From Acutalibacteraceae bacterium (GTDB lineage Bacteria > Bacillota > Clostridia > Oscillospirales > Acutalibacteraceae): a DNA stretch of 31,636 bases. A model generated the notes under the pieces. That model made no database searches. It worked only from the letters and a program-made list of their open reading frames with translations, and was not told the origin of the DNA. Numbering within the stretch: the first letter of the stretch is position 1; the number at the start of each line of letters is the position of its first letter. Below, piece after piece: positions 10,112 through 19,381 of this stretch. The stretch covers positions 1 to 31,636 of the forward strand of contig JAZOQD010000146.1 in the NCBI GenBank assembly GCA_045655925.1. Reading direction: 5' to 3'. The translations under genes were made by a program, and so were the position numbers.

Positions 10112-10227
10112 ATAAAACCTCCTGCCTTTTCTTTGGGTTATTTTTCCCAAGCTTTTTTCTATTATTCAAAAGGATATATGCACGGCTTTTTTGGCATAGA
10201 AATTAGTAACACAAAAAGAGGTGCATT

Positions 10228-11808
10228 ATGAAAATAAAAGTATTTATCAAAAACACGGCTATGCTCGTTTTTACTTCATTACTATTAAGAACTGCGGGAA
10301 TAATTTTCAGAGTTTATTTGGCAGGGAAAATAGGTTCGGAGGGAATGGGTCTTTATCAGCTTATAATTTCGGTTTATGTTTTTGGAGCAGCTTTTGCAAC
10401 CTCGGGAATATCAACCGCAGTGACAAGACTTATTTCGGAGAACGAAAGCGGAGGGCTTTTAGCGGCGAAAAAGATACTCTCAAGGGCTATGATGCTCACT
10501 GTATCGATAGGTCTTGCTTCCTCTGTTTCCATTTTCTTTGGCGCAAGGTTTATTGCTTATTACATTTTACGCGACATAAGAACAACGCTTTCTTTAAAAA
10601 TTCTTTCCTTCTCATTTATCCCTATGGGACTTTCCTCGGTTGCGAGAGGTTGTTTTATAGCAAAAAGAAAAACGCTTGAACCGTCACTCACTCAAATTGC
10701 CGAACAGATTATCAGAATAACCTCCATAGTCATTTTATTTTCTCGTTTTTCAAAACTTGGCACAGAGTATAGCACCGCAGCAGTTTTATTGGGCGATACA
10801 ATCGCCGAAACCGCCTCGTTTTTAATTCTTTGGGTGCTTCTTTTAAAGTATCGCAAATCATTAGAACGCGGCTGCTCCATTAAAGGAACTGTAAAGGAAA
10901 TCATCCGCATAGCTTTGCCTATTACGGCAAGCGGTTATATATCAACCGCGCTACATGCTATAGAAAACCTGCTTGTCCCTTTAAGGCTGGCTTTGTTTTA
11001 CGGCGTTAAGGACCGCGCTCTTTCGCTCTTTGGAGCAATAAGAGGAATGGCACTGCCCGTTCTGTTTTTTCCGGCCTCTTTTTTAACCTCGCTTTCAACA
11101 TTGCTGATTCCTGAAATGTCATCCGCAGCGGCAAGAGGGGATAAACGAGAAATCAAGCGCGCAGTTGTGGGAGCGTTCAGAATAACGCTTGTCCTTTCAA
11201 TTTTTGCGGCATCGGTTTTTCTGTTTTTATCAGAGCAAATCGGCTTGCTCATTTACGGCGACAAAGAGGTGGGCTTTATGATAAAAATGCTGGCACCCAT
11301 AGTTCCGTTTATGTATCTCGAAAGCGTTGCGGCAGGAATGCTAAAAGGGCTTGACGAGCAGGTCAGCCAATTTAAGCTTGGACTGATAGACTCGATTTTA
11401 AGAATTGCCCTTATTTTAATAACTCTTTCAAAACACGGAATAAAAGCATACCTCTCAATTATGATAATAAGCAACTGCTTTACAAGCATCCTTAACAGTC
11501 GCAACCTGCTTAAAAAAGCGGAATTAAGGCTTGATATTTCAGGCTGGGTAATTAAGCCGACCTTGTGCGGAATCGGCGCATCATTTTTGGCAAAAATCTT
11601 AACAAAAAACATTTCTCATTTAATGATAAAAGCCGTTACTTTTTTGCTTATAAGTGCTGCTATCTTTTTAATTCTCTCTTGTATTACAAAAATTATAAGA
11701 CGAGAAGAAATCGAAAGAATATTTTATAAAATCAAACCAACAACAAAAGAAAAAGCAACGCCTTTGAAATTATATAGCCGAGCGCCGCACAGGCAGGGAA
11801 GGTTATAA
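10228..11808 (+). CDS. SpoVB/MurJ-like polysaccharide biosynthesis flippase (MOP superfamily)
   Basis: FIKNTAML..RTAGIIFRVYLAGKIGSEGMGLYQL, GMALP, LKGLDEQ; multi-TM; next to sporulation genes. Confidence 0.85.
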   Translation: MKIKVFIKNTAMLVFTSLLLRTAGIIFRVYLAGKIGSEGMGLYQLIISVYVFGAAFATSGISTAVTRLISENESGGLLAAKKILSRAMMLTVSIGLASSVSIFFGARFIAYYILRDIRTTLSLKILSFSFIPMGLSSVARGCFIAKRKTLEPSLTQIAEQIIRITSIVILFSRFSKLGTEYSTAAVLLGDTIAETASFLILWVLLLKYRKSLERGCSIKGTVKEIIRIALPITASGYISTALHAIENLLVPLRLALFYGVKDRALSLFGAIRGMALPVLFFPASFLTSLSTLLIPEMSSAAARGDKREIKRAVVGAFRITLVLSIFAASVFLFLSEQIGLLIYGDKEVGFMIKMLAPIVPFMYLESVAAGMLKGLDEQVSQFKLGLIDSILRIALILITLSKHGIKAYLSIMIISNCFTSILNSRNLLKKAELRLDISGWVIKPTLCGIGASFLAKILTKNISHLMIKAVTFLLISAAIFLILSCITKIIRREEIERIFYKIKPTTKEKATPLKLYSRAPHRQGRL

Positions 11809-12757
11809 TCCACCAAAGCATAAAACCTCTGAAGGTTTTAACAGAAACGGCAGTTTTTGCCCCTGCTCCCAATATTGCGGCGGCTTTTGCATGGGTTGTG
11901 CTTACGGGAATTCCTAATAACGAACAAACAATCAGCGCGATTGAGGAAACAAAATCTGCCGCAAAGCCTGCTGCCGCATTTTTAGGAGCAATATTTTTAA
12001 AAGAGGAAATTATTCTGCTTCCACAACATAACATTCCCATAGATATAAGTAAAGCCGAAAGTATAACCGCAAAAACAGGAACCCTTATATTTTCGGCATT
12101 TTTATTGAGCGCCAAAACATAGCAAACCGTAAAAACACCTGCGAACTTTTGTCCGTCCTGAGCACCGTGAGAAAAAGAAAGCACCATTACACCAACTGTC
12201 TGAAGCCTTTTAAAGAGCGTTTGGCTTTTGTTTTCTGTTTTCTTAACCAAAAAAGTCGCGGCAGTATCGGCAAAAAATATAAGCGGCATAGTTGAAATCA
12301 AAATGCCCGAAAAGATTTTTAACCATTCTATATTTAAAAACGCTTTAAATCCTATAACCGCCGATGACGCGCCTGCTAAAGCTGCAAAGAGTGCATGGCT
12401 CTCGCTTGTTGGAATTTTATAGAAAAATGCTATAACCGCAAAAATCACAACTGTCAGCATTGCAGCAGTAATAACTATTGCCCCTTTTTCTTTCGCAATT
12501 CCCCCAATTCCCGATAACGAATAAACGCTAACCGCAACAGAGCTGCCGAAAACACTCATAAAAAAGGCGCCCAAAAGATTAAAGCCCGCCGATAAAGCGC
12601 AGGCTTTTTTAACCGTCAGTGCGCCTGATGTTACTGCTGCCGCAATGGTTGCGGGGGCGTCTGTCCAACCGTTTATAAACATCAACAAAACCGATGCTAA
12701 AACTGCAACGGGCATAATTGGCGAAAATCCGCCGCTAAAAAGGGCAGTAATCTGCAT
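11732..12757 (-). CDS. Inorganic phosphate transporter, PiT family
   Basis: Repeated PiT signatures NGWTDAP / PTSESH and HGAQDGQK / PVSTTH; 341 aa, hydrophobic. Confidence 0.88.
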   Translation of the reverse strand: MQITALFSGGFSPIMPVAVLASVLLMFINGWTDAPATIAAAVTSGALTVKKACALSAGFNLLGAFFMSVFGSSVAVSVYSLSGIGGIAKEKGAIVITAAMLTVVIFAVIAFFYKIPTSESHALFAALAGASSAVIGFKAFLNIEWLKIFSGILISTMPLIFFADTAATFLVKKTENKSQTLFKRLQTVGVMVLSFSHGAQDGQKFAGVFTVCYVLALNKNAENIRVPVFAVILSALLISMGMLCCGSRIISSFKNIAPKNAAAGFAADFVSSIALIVCSLLGIPVSTTHAKAAAILGAGAKTAVSVKTFRGFMLWWIITFPACAALGYIISKALLFLLLLV

Positions 12758-12775
12758 AATAAACCCCTTTCATAC

Positions 12776-12804
12776 TTGAAACTTTAAAGAAAATATTATA
12801 TATT
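12776..12804 (+). promoter_or_regulatory. Possible sigmaA promoter for the GH13 gene
   Basis: TTGAAA (12776-12781), 17 nt, TATATT (12799-12804). The context is very AT-rich, so chance is possible. Confidence 0.4.
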
Positions 12805-12847
12805 TATATATAATATTATTTTTTAAAATTACTTTTTGGAGAACTAA

Positions 12848-14713
12848 ATGGAACACATTCCTTTTGATTCGAGAAATTTAATATATAAAGACCCTTTCGG
12901 AGCTGTTGCAAGCGGCACCGAGGTTGCTTTTCGCGTTGTTTTGAAAAACGATATTAACGCAACTGCCGTTTTCATTGAATACATCCCTGACGGCAAGGCT
13001 CCTGTTTTACAAGAAATGATTAAAACAAAGGCTACTGAACAGACCTCAACCTATGAAACAAAGCTTGCGTTCGAAACCGGTCTTTATTTTTATAAATTTA
13101 AAATTCTAACCGATTATGGCGAAAAATATATTTTAAGAACAAATGGCGGAAAAGGCAAAATTTCCGATAGCGGAGATTGCTGGCAGTTGACAGTTTTTAA
13201 CAAAGACTTTAAAACTCCCGAAAAACTTTCGGGCGGCATTATTTATCAGATTTTTCCCGACCGCTTTTATAATTCGGGTAAACCAAAAAATAATGTTCCT
13301 TCGGACCGATATATAAAAAGCGATTTCACCTCTTTGCCCGAACACCGTCAGCAAGACGATGCATTAGCCCTGGGCAACGATTACTATGGTGGTGACTTGG
13401 AGGGAATAAGGCAAAAACTGCCCTATATTGCCTCTTTGGGCGTTAGCATTATTTATTTGAACCCGATTTTTGAGGCGCATTCTAACCACCGCTACAACAC
13501 TGCCGATTATATGAAAATTGACTCTTTGTTGGGCAACGAAAAAGACCTTAAACGCTTATGCCGCGATGCCAAAAAGCATGGCATTATCATTGTGTTAGAC
13601 GGCGTTTTTTCTCATACCGGAGATGACAGTATTTATTTCAACCGCTATAAACGCTACGGAAACGGCGGCGCATATAACTCGCCCGATTCCGAGTTTTGCG
13701 ATTGGTTCAAATTCAAAAATTGGCCCGATGATTATGAGGCTTGGTGGGGAGTTCCGTCTTTGCCCGAGGTTAACGAGGAGAATGCTTCCTTTACCGAGTT
13801 TATAACGGGCAAAAACGGTGTTTTAGAGCACTGGTTAAAATGTGGAATAGGCGGCTACAGACTTGATGTTGCCGATGAGCTGCCTGACCAATTTTTAGAC
13901 AAGCTCCGCAAAACCGTTAAAGCAAAAAAGAAGGATGCCATTATCATCGGCGAGGTTTGGGAGGACGCAACCAACAAAATCAGCTATAACGCTCGCCGCA
14001 GATACCTGCTCGGCGACCAGCTTGATTCGGTTATGAACTATCCCTTTAGCGATGCCATTATTGATTTTACGATTTCCGGTGATGCTGAAGAATTGTTGGA
14101 AACGGTTATGTCCATTTGCGAAAATTATCCTAAAAAATGCCTCGATATTTTGATGAACCACATAGGAACTCACGATACAAAGAGAGTTCTTACCGCCTTG
14201 GGCGGTGAAGCCGAAAACGGCCGCAACCGCGACTGGCAAGCATCAAAAAGAATGTCTGAGCAAGAGCTTTCGCTTGCAAAAAAAAGGCTTTATCTTGCCG
14301 CACTTTTGCAATACACTCTGCCCGGTATCCCTTCGCTTTATTATGGAGACGAGGCAGGTATGGAGGGCTATGGCGACCCGTTTTGCCGCGCGTTTTATCC
14401 TTGGAACAATCAAGACGCTTATCTTCTTGATTTTTATAAAAAGCTTGGCGCTATAAGGCGCAATAACAAGGTTTTTGAAGACGGATTATTTGTTCCCGTT
14501 TTTGCAGAAAAAGGAACTTTCTGCTTTGAGCGCATAAAAGGCAACCAAAAGGTTCTTATTTGTGTAAATCGCTGGTGCGACCCCGTGTTTATCGATGCGC
14601 CAAAAGACTATGATAACGCCGAAGTTATTTTCGGTGCCTTGCCCGTTGATAACAAACTTAAAATTGACGGGCTCGGCTTTACGGTTTTAAAAACCAAAGA
14701 CTCACATAAGTAG
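12848..14713 (+). CDS. Glycoside hydrolase family 13 (neopullulanase/cyclomaltodextrinase-like, probably cytoplasmic)
   Basis: YQIFPDRF, GGDLEGI, IYLNPIF, DGVFSH, catalytic regions GYRLDVADE / GEVWED / GTHDT; no signal peptide seen. Confidence 0.93.
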   Translation: MEHIPFDSRNLIYKDPFGAVASGTEVAFRVVLKNDINATAVFIEYIPDGKAPVLQEMIKTKATEQTSTYETKLAFETGLYFYKFKILTDYGEKYILRTNGGKGKISDSGDCWQLTVFNKDFKTPEKLSGGIIYQIFPDRFYNSGKPKNNVPSDRYIKSDFTSLPEHRQQDDALALGNDYYGGDLEGIRQKLPYIASLGVSIIYLNPIFEAHSNHRYNTADYMKIDSLLGNEKDLKRLCRDAKKHGIIIVLDGVFSHTGDDSIYFNRYKRYGNGGAYNSPDSEFCDWFKFKNWPDDYEAWWGVPSLPEVNEENASFTEFITGKNGVLEHWLKCGIGGYRLDVADELPDQFLDKLRKTVKAKKKDAIIIGEVWEDATNKISYNARRRYLLGDQLDSVMNYPFSDAIIDFTISGDAEELLETVMSICENYPKKCLDILMNHIGTHDTKRVLTALGGEAENGRNRDWQASKRMSEQELSLAKKRLYLAALLQYTLPGIPSLYYGDEAGMEGYGDPFCRAFYPWNNQDAYLLDFYKKLGAIRRNNKVFEDGLFVPVFAEKGTFCFERIKGNQKVLICVNRWCDPVFIDAPKDYDNAEVIFGALPVDNKLKIDGLGFTVLKTKDSHK

Positions 14714-15607
14714 GCCTATTGTCATCATTTCTTCAACCTGACCGTAAATCTGCTGACCGCTTTCGGCAGGCAACGGATTTTTACCTTTTCCGAGTTCTAT
14801 AGTAAACCCGGGGCGTTGGAAGGTTTCTATAAACCAATCCTTAAAACCTCCGCCCGTTGCAATTCCTACAGGAACCTCTATACTATAAAGGCTTGATGCG
14901 GCAAAGATTTCGGCAATTTTTCTGCCCCTTATGGTTTCTATTCCATTGTAATCCCAATAAATAACCTCGCCTTGAGAATGAAAACAGTATAAAACCCTTA
15001 TTTTGTTGTTTCTGCAAAGATTAGTAAGCGCGATTGTTTCAGGTTCGCTTTCGGGGCGATGGCCACCATAACGGGTGGGTCCGGGGCCTATATAGCCAAG
15101 GCTTTGCTCTAATTCGTGCAGTCTTTCCCAGCCGGCATCAAAATTATGATTCAAATCAACTCCTCTTAGATTTGAGTTCCAATGCTCAAAATCAGAGCCG
15201 CAAAGTCTTTTGATTCTTGCGGCGTGTTGGCCGCAACCAAGTTCTCCTTTTAAGGATATTTCGCATCCATCGGGGTTACATAAAGGAACAAAGATAACCC
15301 CTTTGCCCGATAGCGCTTTTTTTGCGTCTATCCCCGAAATTTTGCCACCGCTTTTTAAAGCATCACAAAGGTTTTCTATGTATTTTAATAAAACCGTTGC
15401 GGTTATTCTTTCGCTTCCGTGAATTGCGGCGGTATAAAGCGAATATTCTTTTCTTTCTGACTCGATTTTCAATGCAACTATATCCCTACCGAAAACAGAT
15501 TTCCCGATAACCTCCTCTTTTAAAAAGGGGAAGTTGGCGGTTAAATCTTTCATGATTTTTCGGTAACCGTTATAATCATATTCTTTGTGTCGGACTATAG
15601 TTGCCAT
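14702..15607 (-). CDS. M14 family zinc peptidase, gamma-D-glutamyl-meso-diaminopimelate peptidase (endopeptidase I)-like
   Basis: Zinc ligands HGSE and FHSQG, NPDG, GVDLNHNF, SEPET, GGFKDWF, FTIE. Confidence 0.85.
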   Translation of the reverse strand: MATIVRHKEYDYNGYRKIMKDLTANFPFLKEEVIGKSVFGRDIVALKIESERKEYSLYTAAIHGSERITATVLLKYIENLCDALKSGGKISGIDAKKALSGKGVIFVPLCNPDGCEISLKGELGCGQHAARIKRLCGSDFEHWNSNLRGVDLNHNFDAGWERLHELEQSLGYIGPGPTRYGGHRPESEPETIALTNLCRNNKIRVLYCFHSQGEVIYWDYNGIETIRGRKIAEIFAASSLYSIEVPVGIATGGGFKDWFIETFQRPGFTIELGKGKNPLPAESGQQIYGQVEEMMTIGLLM

Positions 15608-15659
15608 AATATAAACCTCTTTTCTTATTTACTAATAATTATGCGCTTTGGAGGCCAAT

Positions 15660-16205
15660 ATGAACTTAGAAGAAAAAACGTTGGACAACTCTGTTGTTTA
15701 TGACGGCAAAATATTAAAGCTTGTTTTAAAAGATGTGCTTCTGCCTAACGGCAAAACCGCCAAAAGAGAGGTTGTTGCCCATTCGGGCGGCGTTGGCGTT
15801 ATTGCGTTGACCAAAGATGAAGAAATCCTATTGGTTAAGCAGTTTCGCAGCCCCTATGAGAAAACGGTTATAGAAATCCCTGCAGGTAAAAAGGAGCCTG
15901 GAGAGGACCCCTTAGAATGCGGAAAAAGAGAACTTCTTGAGGAAACAGGCTTTACTGCAGAAAAATTTATCCCCTTAGGCGAGCTTTATCCGTCGCCGGG
16001 ATATTGCGGAGAAACTATTCATCTTTTCTTGGCCACAAGCTTAAACAAAAGCAATCAGAACCTTGATGAAGATGAATTTTTAACCGTGTTAAAAATCCCT
16101 TTTTCAGAGGCGTTAGATATGGTAATGTCGGGCGAAATTTGCGACTCTAAAACCATGGTTGCAATTCTAAAAACCGCCCTTTTCAAAGCAAACAGGAAGG
16201 TATAA
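15660..16205 (+). CDS. NUDIX hydrolase, ADP-ribose pyrophosphatase (NudF)-like
   Basis: Nudix box GKKEPGEDPLECGKRELLEETG; KQFRSP; SPGY. ATG 15660 follows GGAGG. Confidence 0.9.
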   Translation: MNLEEKTLDNSVVYDGKILKLVLKDVLLPNGKTAKREVVAHSGGVGVIALTKDEEILLVKQFRSPYEKTVIEIPAGKKEPGEDPLECGKRELLEETGFTAEKFIPLGELYPSPGYCGETIHLFLATSLNKSNQNLDEDEFLTVLKIPFSEALDMVMSGEICDSKTMVAILKTALFKANRKV

Positions 16206-16207
16206 AA

Positions 16208-17617
16208 ATGCTTAAAAAACTTGTCGGCACAAAAGAATTTTATAAATCGGTATTAGCAATTTGTTTGCCGATTATGCTTCAAAACGGAATAACCAACTTT
16301 GTAAATATGTTGGACAATCTTATGGTTGGGAGATTGGGAAACGCCGAAATGACAGGTGTTTCTATTGCTAACCAGCTTATTTTTGTTTTTTCTCTTTGCG
16401 TTTTCGGCGCAGTTTCGGGAGCCGGTATTTTTGGCGCTCAATTTTACGGAAAAAAGGATATGGAGGGCTTAAGATATACCTTCCGTTTTAAATTTATCTC
16501 CTGCGTTTTGTTGGCCGCTGTTGCTATCCTGATTTTTATTTTCGGCGGCAGTTTTTTAATAAACCAATTTTTAGCTGGCGAGGGTGACCCAAACGAAGCC
16601 GCCGCTGCTTTTGTTGCTGCTAAAAAGTATCTTTCTGTTATGCTTATCGGCCTTGTTCCGTTTGCAATAGTCCAGTGCTATTCGGGAACTCTGCGCGAAA
16701 CCGGCGAAGCTGTTTTGCCTATGAAGGCGGGAATTATTGCTGTCGGAGTCAACCTTTTATTTAACTATCTGCTTATCTATGGAAAATTCGGTTTCCCTCA
16801 TTTAGAGGTTGAAGGCGCCGCTATCGCCACCGTTTTATCAAGATTTGTTGAGCTTATTATTGTTGTTTTCTGGACCCATAAAAACAAGCAGAAAAATCCT
16901 TATACTGTCGGCGCTTACAGAAGCTTTAGGATTCCTCTTAAGTTAGCTTGGGCTATTTTAATTAGCGGAATGCCGCTTATGATAAATGAGGCTCTTTGGG
17001 CTTCAGGCACAACCACTATTAACCAATGTTATTCTCTGAAAGGTCTTAATGTTGTTTCAGCAACCAATATTTCTCAAACCTTCTGGAATCTTTTTGCCGT
17101 TGTTTTTATGGCAGTCGGCATTTCTATCGGCATTAAGGTTGGTCAGTTGTTAGGCGCAAGTGAGTTTGATAAGGCTAAGGACACCGCTTATAAAATGATG
17201 GCTTTTTCAGTTTCTTTAGGAATTTTAGTCGGCGCTTTATATTTTGCTTTTTCGGGAGTTATCCCTCAGTTTTACAAAACGAATGACGATGTTAAGCATA
17301 TTGCAACCAATCTTATAATGGTCAGCGCAGTATTTATGCCGATTTCGGCTTTCGTTCATGCAAGTTACTTTACTTTGCGCTCGGGCGGAAAGGTTATATT
17401 AACCTTCCTTTTTGATAGCTTGTTTGTCTGGTGCATTACCGTTCCCGTTGCATTTGTTCTTTCGCGCTATAGCGATATTTCTATTATTCCTATGTTCGCC
17501 GTCTGTCAGGCGGTTGATTTAATAAAGGTTGTCGCAGGATTTATTCTCATTAAAAAGGGTGTCTGGATAAACAATCTTGTAGATAACCCTGCAGTAAAGG
17601 AGTTGAATGAGGGTTGA
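16208..17617 (+). CDS. MATE family efflux transporter
   Basis: PIMLQNGITNFVNMLDNLMVGRLG, GAQFYG, GAAIATVLSR, LRSGG; about 12 TM segments. Confidence 0.92.
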   Translation: MLKKLVGTKEFYKSVLAICLPIMLQNGITNFVNMLDNLMVGRLGNAEMTGVSIANQLIFVFSLCVFGAVSGAGIFGAQFYGKKDMEGLRYTFRFKFISCVLLAAVAILIFIFGGSFLINQFLAGEGDPNEAAAAFVAAKKYLSVMLIGLVPFAIVQCYSGTLRETGEAVLPMKAGIIAVGVNLLFNYLLIYGKFGFPHLEVEGAAIATVLSRFVELIIVVFWTHKNKQKNPYTVGAYRSFRIPLKLAWAILISGMPLMINEALWASGTTTINQCYSLKGLNVVSATNISQTFWNLFAVVFMAVGISIGIKVGQLLGASEFDKAKDTAYKMMAFSVSLGILVGALYFAFSGVIPQFYKTNDDVKHIATNLIMVSAVFMPISAFVHASYFTLRSGGKVILTFLFDSLFVWCITVPVAFVLSRYSDISIIPMFAVCQAVDLIKVVAGFILIKKGVWINNLVDNPAVKELNEG

Positions 17618-18354
17618 AGGACCAATTTATAAGAACCGCTCTTTTGTTTTCCGAAAAAGGTGTAGAAGCCTTAATGGCTAAGCGCGTTGCCATTTTCGGA
17701 ATTGGCGGTGTCGGCGGCCATGCGGCTGAGGCTATTGCCCGTAGCGGTGTTGGCGCTATTGACCTTATCGACGGGGATACTGTAAGTGAAAGCAATATAA
17801 ACCGTCAGGCAGTGGCTTTTTATAGCACCGTCGGTCAATTTAAAACCGAGGTAATGAAAAACAGAATCCTCGATATAAACCCCAAGTGCAAGGTTCATTG
17901 CCGCAACGAGTTTTTTTCCTTGGAAAATATAGAAACCTTCGATTTTTCGCAATACGACTATATTGTTGATGCTATTGACAGCGTTGCTTCAAAGGTGGAA
18001 CTTATTTGCAAGGCTAAAGAACTTAATGTGCCGATTATTTCTTCAATGGGCGCAGGTAACAAGCTTGACCCGACCGCTTTTTCTGTTGCCGACATTTACA
18101 AAACCGATGTTTGCCCGTTGGCAAAGGTTATGCGCTCTCATTTAAGAAAAAGGGGTATTAAAAATTTAAAAACAGTCTTTTCAAAAGAAAAACCCATTGT
18201 TCCTAATAGCGAGGTTGCTCTTTCTGATTATGACAAAAATCAAAACCGCTCAATTCCCGGCTCGGTTTCATTTGTTCCGTCTGTTGCGGGGCTTATTATT
18301 GCAGGAGAGGTTATTAAAGATTTGGTAGGAGAAACAAATGCCGAGAGAACTTGA
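17614..18354 (+). CDS. tcdA: tRNA threonylcarbamoyladenosine dehydratase (ThiF/E1-like)
   Basis: GIGGVGG, DGDTVSESNINRQ, DAID, SSMGAGNK, CPLAKVMR, GSVSFVPSVAG; TTG start overlaps the MATE stop. Confidence 0.88.
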   Translation: MKDQFIRTALLFSEKGVEALMAKRVAIFGIGGVGGHAAEAIARSGVGAIDLIDGDTVSESNINRQAVAFYSTVGQFKTEVMKNRILDINPKCKVHCRNEFFSLENIETFDFSQYDYIVDAIDSVASKVELICKAKELNVPIISSMGAGNKLDPTAFSVADIYKTDVCPLAKVMRSHLRKRGIKNLKTVFSKEKPIVPNSEVALSDYDKNQNRSIPGSVSFVPSVAGLIIAGEVIKDLVGETNAERT

Positions 18355-19165
18355 AAAATATGAGGAAATCGAACGCAGTATAAACAAAAAATTCCGCAAG
18401 GATATTTGGAATAAGTTTATAACTGCTATAAATGAATATAAGCTGATTGAAGAAAATGACTGCATCGGAGTTTGCATTTCGGGCGGAAAAGATTCTATGA
18501 TTCTTGCTATATTGATGAAAATGCTCCAAAAATACAGTAAATTTCCGTTCTCGTTGCGTTTTATTGTTATGGACCCCGGATATAATCCCGAAAACAGAAA
18601 GCGAATAGAGGAAAATTTAAAGCTTTTAAACATAGAGGCTGAGATTTTCGAAACCGATATTTTTAAAATAACCGAAACGGTTACCGAATCGCCCTGCTAT
18701 CTTTGCGCCAGAATGAGAAGAGGTTATCTGTATTCAAAAGCAAAATCCTTGGGTTGTAACAAAATCGCACTCGGCCACCATATGAGTGATGTTATAGAAA
18801 CAACATTGCTTGGAATTATGTATGGCTCACAAATTCAGGGAATGCTGCCCCGCCTTAAAAGCACAAATTTTGAGGGTATGGAGCTTATCCGCCCGCTTTA
18901 CTGCATTTTAGAACAAGATATTATAAAATGGGCAGAATATAATGAACTTTCCTTTATCCGATGCGCCTGCCGTTTTACCGAAAATACCGAAACAGATTTA
19001 GGTGCATCAAAAAGGCTTGAAATAAAAGAGTTGATTTCAGAGCTTAAAAAGAATAATCCTCAAATAGAACATAACATTTTCAAAAGTATTCATAACTGCA
19101 ATGTTGATACTTTAATTGAATATAAATTAAATGGAGAAACACATAGTTTTCTAGAGAGATTTTAA
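18338..19165 (+). CDS. ttcA: tRNA 2-thiocytidine biosynthesis protein, TtcA family (PP-loop)
   Basis: PP-loop SGGKDS, CxxC in SPCYLCARMRRG, ALGHH..D, LIRPL, RCAC. Confidence 0.82.
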   Translation: MPRELEKYEEIERSINKKFRKDIWNKFITAINEYKLIEENDCIGVCISGGKDSMILAILMKMLQKYSKFPFSLRFIVMDPGYNPENRKRIEENLKLLNIEAEIFETDIFKITETVTESPCYLCARMRRGYLYSKAKSLGCNKIALGHHMSDVIETTLLGIMYGSQIQGMLPRLKSTNFEGMELIRPLYCILEQDIIKWAEYNELSFIRCACRFTENTETDLGASKRLEIKELISELKKNNPQIEHNIFKSIHNCNVDTLIEYKLNGETHSFLERF

Positions 19166-19169
19166 ATTT

Positions 19170-19210
19170 AAAAACCGACCTGATTTTTTAAGATTTTCAG
19201 GCCGGTTTTT
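19170..19210 (+). terminator. Intrinsic terminator after ttcA, insulating the dnaA promoter
   Basis: AAAAACCGaCCTGA ... TCAGGcCGGTTTTT inverted repeat with one mismatch. Confidence 0.7.
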
Positions 19211-19281
19211 ATATTTTATTTATATATATAATATTATAGAAAATAAATTATAATTATAGTATATATTTTAATATATTATGC

Positions 19282-19310
19282 TTGCAAAAAGTTATTAACT
19301 GTGATATTAT
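19282..19310 (+). promoter_or_regulatory. Putative sigmaA promoter of dnaA with extended -10
   Basis: TTGCAA (19282-19287), 17 nt, TATTAT (19305-19310), preceded by TG-n. Confidence 0.7.
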
Positions 19311-19314
19311 TTTA

Positions 19315-19323
19315 TGTGGATAA
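19315..19323 (-). promoter_or_regulatory. Perfect DnaA box at the predicted dnaA transcription start (autoregulation)
   Basis: TGTGGATAA is the reverse complement of TTATCCACA, 4 nt downstream of the -10. Confidence 0.8.
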
Positions 19324-19381
19324 TTCTGCGCTTCTTTAAAGCGTTTTCAATTATAATTTTGTTTAAAAGAAGGGAAAGAAT

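Noticed and set aside
10221-10679. 152-aa alternative-frame ORF overlapping the spoVB-like gene
   Set aside because: Same strand, different frame, fully inside a well-supported CDS, with no motifs.
14702-14713. 12-bp convergent overlap of the GH13 and M14 peptidase genes
   Set aside because: Short 3'-end overlaps are common in compact genomes; no further signal.
15633-15665. Possible sigmaE-like promoter (TCATATT ... CATAATTA) for the M14 peptidase
   Set aside because: The spacer is short and the -10 imperfect. It cannot be supported without TSS data.
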